Shown piece after piece: positions 58,201-64,000 of a stretch of DNA of 64,000 nt. Location of the stretch: NCBI GenBank assembly GCA_002633005.1, contig NMRA01000138.1:62001-126000 (forward strand), read 5' to 3'. The DNA comes from Phoronis australis. Taxonomy: Eukaryota; Animalia; Phoronida. Position numbers and translations under genes: made by a program. Each line of letters opens with the position of its first letter. The stretch's first letter is position 1. The notes under the pieces are model-generated. The model worked only from the letters and a program-made list of their open reading frames with translations, was not told where the DNA came from and did no database searches.

Positions 58201-61200
58201 ATTCTTCAGTCTCTTGAGGAACCATGTCTAATGTTATAGAAACAGCAGAATCAGGTGACATCTGATTATTGGTGGGATCAGGAGCATCCTCACTCACACA
58301 AATCAGTGGTATTTTTTCAAGCTCTGAGCTTTCCACTCCTAAAAGTTTCTGGAATCGGTGTTCAAGCTGAACCTCACAAACATCCTCGTCATACAGTGTT
58401 CTAGTGTTGGAGTTCATAATTTGTGATTGGTCAATGTTATCTGTAAGCTGTGAATCACCATCAGACAATCCAAGTCCATTGTTCATGTTTTCCGGGCTTA
58501 AGCTATCAATAACACTTGTTGCTAGCTGAGGCGCAGAATCATCTGCATGAAGGTTCATCAGATTTGACAAGAAGTTGGTTAAGACTTCCTCTTCCATTTC
58601 CTGCACAGTTAGAACAGTTGTTTCGTCCACACCAGTCACACCATCCTCTTCATCAAGATGGTGGCTCAGATTGTTCAGGACAGCCAAAGCCTCACTAGTA
58701 AGAAACAGCTTGTCAGGATCTTCGTAGATGTGGTCATCATATTCATTACTATTGTTGTCGACATGTTCCAGTGGCTTGGGTGAGCTTGAAGGAACCATGT
58801 AACCGAAACTGTCATAGTAGATACCTGGTTGGTCATTGGAAATAAGACCAGGGAGAGAATTAGAACTTGTCTGTGATGTAACCGCGCAGTCTTCACCACA
58901 AAGATCTGTGTACACATTTTCTTTGACAGGCTGACGTTGCATAGTTATATGCACACCATTTTCTTCAGCATTTGGAAGACCTCCATGGGTGGGGAGGTCA
59001 TCAATGCACTCATAGATATGTTCAACACTACTTTGCCAACTCAGATCTGAAGTGGTACCAACAGCATCAAGATCTTGGTCAAGATTGACAGCGTAGACAT
59101 CACTCCTGGGGCCAACAACATTTCCATCACTTCCCGAGGAGCTCCCTGACTCCAGCTTGATATGCATGTGGTTTCCAGCAGGACCATGTGTCTCATCGTT
59201 AGGTTGCCTAGGTGAACTGTTGTCATAGTCAGAATCAGAACAGTTTTGGTAGGGGTGTACATGTTCTGACGCACCTAGTTGTCTGGCAGGATCCTGCCGA
59301 GACACTGACGAATTGTCATACAAGGAATCCGAGGATGCCTTCACATACTTTGGCATGTTATCGTAGTCAGAGTCACAGGATGGGATTGACTGCTGGCTAG
59401 GAGTTAAACCAGGTGATAATTTCAGACAACTCAACAGTCTGTTCGCCTCTGATATATTACGTGGCTTCTGCGATTTAGTGGTCTCATCTATGGATACTTC
59501 ACTAGCTGACAGTGTCTGCAGCAGTTCATGAAGATCCAGGTGTTCCACGGTTTCCCACGAAGGGTCTTCTGCCAACTGACCTTCTGGTATGGATATGCAC
59601 TCTTCATCACATGTCAAATGTTTAACAGTGGCTTCAGACAACCACTTCATGACCTTTCCAGACTCTGACACTTCACAAAGATTTTTACCCATTTCTTCTG
59701 CCAGTTGCACCGAATCATTTGACCTATCATTCTGCACACAATCAGTTTCCTCCACTTTAACGTATTCATGAGTGGCAGGAGACACCTCAGTTACAACTTG
59801 ATTACCAATTGCTGAAACCCGAATTAGGTTTTCCGCATCATCACCACCCATTGTATTCTCACTTTGCACAGTAACTTTAGACATATCACAGCTACCATGT
59901 TCTGAGATGTCAGGAAGATGATTGTCCTCACCAGATGACGATGCCAAATCTTGTGACCAGCCACTCTGCACAACATCAGGAGACAGGTGATGTTCAGAGG
60001 TGACTTCAGGCAGCTGACTAAAAGCTTGGATGCCATGATCCTGGACCTTAGGCATATGATTGTTCTCATCACTTTTTCCAGCATCTGAAGGCATCACATT
60101 TTGAAAAGTTATTTCAGACATTTGGCTGCCATTTTCTGAGATCTCAAGATGTCTGTCTTCTGAATGCTTGGGGCAGCTCCTCTGTACAGCATCTGAAGAA
60201 GTCAGATTCTCGATGGTAACCTCAGACAGATGAGTTACCGCCTGGATCCCATGTTCCAAAACCTTGTCAACAAATATTAATGAATCTTGTGAACAGCCAC
60301 TAAGCAAAGTAGCAGGTGGACTTTCTTTCATGTTGCAAGGATTTTTAACAGTCATGTCATCATTTTGACCTAGATCACTATGAGTACCAGAATCAGCTGG
60401 TGAAACATGAGAAAGTACTTGCTGTTGACTATCCGTGATAACTCTGATTGGAGCAGGGTCAGCTGACCAAACGTCAGGAATGGAAAAGCCAAGGTCACTG
60501 AACTGAAGCCCTTTTGCACACCACTTGAGCTGTGACTTGCTATTCACTGGATTCACTCCAGACTCGAGACATTGCTCATCTATCTCATCAGACTTCAGAG
60601 GAGAACTCCATGACTCCACACTGCAAACTGACAACATTTGATACTTTAAGCTACTGCCATCAGATGCTTGCTGTGCTGCTATTTGACCACAGCATGTGTT
60701 AGAATGGTCAGTGTCAATGCTCGTTACAGAGCTGCAGGCTTCTTTGTCCTCTCCAGCAACTGGCATAGTACTAGCTGGTGAATCTGGATCCTTTACAAAA
60801 CAGGGTGGACTGTCATCACAACCAGATTTTGTCAGTTTGTCTGATTCATCTGGCTTTGCCAGGAATGGGGAACTTCTATCCACTACGTTTGGTGCATCAA
60901 CATTTCCCACTTCAGATTTAGCACGGGAAGCAAGGGCCTGTTCTTGCTCATTGTTGAATTTGTCACCAGGTAAAGACCTCACAATATCTATAGATTCTTG
61001 CACAGAAGAGTCAGTCTCAGTTTTGACATATTCATCATTATCCCAGATCTCAGTGACCGTGAACCCCAGACAGACTTCATCATCACCAGCTTGGATGGAA
61101 ATTGACTGGTTCTGAACATCCTTAAAGAATTCTATCATCTCACTATCCAGGCTACTTGAATGATCAACAAAACGTGCTGCATCCTCTACCTTTACAGGTG

Positions 61201-64000
61201 TATGCCAGCATTCACACTTGGTCATAGAAAGCTTTGCTGATTTTGTACTCCTGGTGATGACACGATGACTTTGTAGAGATGCCGATCCACTAGTCTTGGT
61301 TACATTGGAAGGTGAAGGTTCAACTTGCATTGTCACTGTGCTACTCTGAGAGTCCAAAGTACTCCAAGTCTCCATTCCTGAAGAATTCAGGTTTGTAGGT
61401 GGTTCACTGACCCCGTTTGCATCAATGTTCACCTCACTAGTAGCACTAACACTGCCCAGTGGATTGGCATCTGTCATCTCTCTGCAAGGTGAGTGTGAAC
61501 TTCTATCAAGTACACGCTCATCAGAATGTGTGAGAGAATCGTCAGAGAATATGCTGTCCGTTTCTGAGCGTGATGTCAAGTATTCCTCTGAGCTAGTACG
61601 ATGACCTTTGTGACTCTGGCCTCGTATAATGGGACGGCGACGACGTCTGCTTCCAGAGCCTGGTCTAGATGTGACCTTAGTTTTGCCTGTAAGAGAAAAG
61701 CGGCAAGTTCAGTTGCATGCTTAAAACATTTGCAATTACTTGCAGCCACCACAAAATATAAAGAAATGGCATGAAGTATTAACTGTCTCCATTGAAGTCA
61801 TTCAGTGTAAATGACTTACCCAGTAACATAGATACATGACACCCAATTTTTTCTGTGCTTAGACAACATTCCACAGTATGCTTGTACCAGTCTAAGCATC
61901 AGGTTATTCAAATAAAATGGATCTTGTCTTACTCAGGTAATATCTCTTCATCCAGTTGGACCTCTCACTTATCTGAGTTTTATGGTGCTTGACAGAGCAA
62001 CCCCTCAAAAGCTGTTTTTGACTACTTGATATAAAAAGCTCTAAAATACTAGGAAACAATGAAATGCAATGTACTTACACATGGAAAATACCTGAACCTT
62101 CCCTACTTATGGTAAGGTTTGTTTAATTTAGAACACAATATGGTGGAACACTAAAATTTTGTTTTATCGAAATTTTCATAAAAATAAGCAAGAAAAGTTG
62201 AAAATTGACAGCAGTCATCAAAGAACATATGATGAAATCTGAGCGTTTATAACGATGCAGTCAATTTTTGAAAAATGAGAAAATAACAATTTTGTGAATT
62301 TTGTCGAATTTGAATAAATTTTACTATAAAAACTACTCTTACAAACAACAACACTGTGACAGCTAAAACATTTAACATTCAACCACTCGTTTCACAATAT
62401 TTGACTTACCAGCTGCCAGATTGTCATCAGATAATTGACCATGTCCATCAGACTCCACCCCCAGCTGCTGTTGTTGTCGCCTCATAGCACGTTGACGTAT
62501 GGCGCGGCGTGCAGCTGACAACTGTACTGGGGCATCTGGCGTCCTGGAAACACAAGACGAGATGGTTCAAGTATCTATGTATAAAGACACTGCGAATAAT
62601 GACATCATTGACCTTTTTGAAGCTTTTCAATATTTGAATTGACAGAATGAAGGGCAAAAGAAAAAGTTTGTCTCAAGACTCTCACAAAAACTTTGCATCA
62701 AAATGTCAATCTTGGTAAACGACACAACAAAACATTCCAGGCTCACAAACTTGTCCCACACATTTTAACATCATCAGTTTAATCCCTAAATATCCATAAG
62801 ATACTATGGCTGCATGTAACTGACTTTGCTTGTTCCCTCGAGTCAACAGACTAAGACGTATGATTGGTTTTCAATGACGACTTCTTGTTTATATACCAAT
62901 CGGAGTCAACAGGCTAAGACATGTGATTGGTTTTCGATGATGACTTGCAGTTTATATACCAATCGGATGTCTTAGCCTGTCAAACAGGTGAAACTAGCGA
63001 AGTCAATAAAATGCAACCACTTTGACCTGGAATCTTCATGAATTTCAAGAACAACCTTACCACAACACGTCCCACAATTCAATGCACATAGGTACGTGAC
63101 ATTTGGGAAAGCATCAACACTATGTGTACCTAATGACCTTATTTTTGATAACGCTAAACATAAATAAGTTTAACTTCAGGAGCTGAACACTTTGCATTCA
63201 ACATGATGCACAAATGCCCACCTGGAAGCAAGCTGTTGTAAAACTTCTTTAAGAATTCTCATTCGTTCCTCAGTTGTCTCCCTTGACTCGTGTCTGCCAA
63301 TGCCATCTGCTCCAGTGGATTCCATTTCAGGTATGTCCCTGAAAAAACAAAACCACTCCATTGGTGATAAAATTAATATTTTATAAACCCCTTAAACTAA
63401 CTGATCATAACTACTAAATACATCCGGCAATGTTTTAGCACTGATCTTCAGTCATGTGATCTCTTTTGTACTCAAAGCACCCTCCATCTCCTCTTCATAA
63501 TTCATCCCTGGCCATTAATTTCATTGACAACTCATTTTTCATAGAATCATTTGTAGACCACAATGAAAATTAGAAAGCAATTTTTATAATGCACAAATTC
63601 CAAACCAAAATTTGCATTTCTACACAGTGAGCTTTACAAATGTATCAACTCACCTAAAAGCACTTTGATACAACTCCTCCAGAACCTGCTCAGATTCCAG
63701 GATATGACGAAGGTCACTTGGTGCTAAGTTTTCCAAAGATGTGTATTTCATAGGAGAATCAAGAGAACGCTCATCTGTTCCTTGGTCATTCTTGAGATCA
63801 TCACTGGCGGCCATGTTGGCAGCAACAGAGGAATTTTGCTCCAGCGATAATTGAACCCTATCTAGCGAATCCTCAGAAATCTCTCTTGCTTCACGTGGTG
63901 GCACGTTTATGGCACTAGGTGTGTCCTTTAATATCACAGGTGCACTAGAATCAGCGACTGCACTGCTGGTTTTAGTAAGCTCGTTTAATGAGTCAACTGA
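43245..64000 (-). CDS. 3' part (~4,860 codons) of a giant, mostly low-complexity protein, probably STARD9/KIF16A-like. Exons 63654->64000, 63222-63338, 62410-62543, 53481-61686, 46875-51571, 46298-46448, 45876-45969, 45347-45435, 43245-44004
   Basis: All exons join in frame via GT-AG introns (14,595 nt). Motifs IELTEAHLNYAFGQTDTLLQTL, EYLINLRRDLV, EIERAKEYL and SETDSIFSDDSL resemble conserved islands I recall from vertebrate STARD9. The gene structure is solid; the identity is from memory and needs a homology search. Confidence 0.8.
44308..44568. mobile_element. MITE, same family as 2218-2475 (opposite orientation)
   Basis: gggtctgtttcataaaaagtgag...aactatttc...tatctcagtctccgagaat...ctcactttcatgaaaca. 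Confidence 0.6.
44681..44765 (-). mobile_element. 3' tail of a CR1/L2-type LINE or related SINE
   Basis: Minus strand GAGGGCCCCATG...GGGGCTACCCTC stem-loop followed by an (AAAT)n tail. Confidence 0.45.
46875..51571 (-). CDS. Giant 4,697-nt coding exon with a QT-motif array and a coiled-coil-like segment
   Basis: 1545-aa ORF extended to the acceptor ttgtttcag at 51572, which matches the phase-2 donor of the preceding exon. Phase-1 donor ACAG|gtgtgt at 46874. Confidence 0.88.
53379..53450. repeat. 16-bp minisatellite (~4.5 copies) next to the giant-exon donor
   Basis: tgaaactgttaagtca units. Confidence 0.7.
53481..61686 (-). CDS. Giant 8,206-nt coding exon (acidic, Ser/Asp/Glu-rich, predicted disordered)
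   Basis: Uninterrupted 2700-aa ORF, acceptor cttttctcttacag at 61687 and donor GG|gtaag at 53480. Confidence 0.9.
62807..63019. mobile_element. Palindromic MITE with an internal ~64-bp tandem duplication
   Basis: tggctgcatgtaactgactttgct is inverted against agcgaagtcaataaaatgcaacca; gagtcaacag(a/g)ctaagac...tataccaatcg occurs twice. Confidence 0.6.

Noticed and set aside
46935-61115. Many short alternative-frame and antisense ORFs
   Set aside because: Shadows of the two giant coding exons; no independent motifs or splice signals.

Overview
Gene-dense stretch of an invertebrate animal (bilaterian-type) genome scaffold: AT-rich, GT-AG introns, two N gaps. Left to right: a complete 6-exon Rab8 gene (minus strand) shares a ~0.5-kb divergent promoter with a complete 4-exon RPS27 gene (plus). 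Next come an unannotated-looking small minus-strand gene encoding a membrane-anchored cysteine-string peptide and a ~1.4-kb long inverted repeat. MED6 (plus; first coding exon unresolved) is followed by a transposon graveyard (pogo/Brinker-type HTH remnant, LINE RT remnant, HERO/R2-type endonuclease remnant, several MITEs). A complete 5-exon CYP2-clan cytochrome P450 (plus) lies tail-to-tail with the 3' ~4,860 codons of a giant minus-strand gene with 8.2-kb and 4.7-kb exons. That gene resembles STARD9/KIF16A but appears to lack the START domain and carries a QT-motif (LC8-type) array and a tyrosine-motif cluster. Three different hAT-like elements have 5-bp rather than 8-bp target duplications. 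Family assignments rest on recalled motifs, not database searches; exon boundaries were checked by hand for GT-AG and phase.
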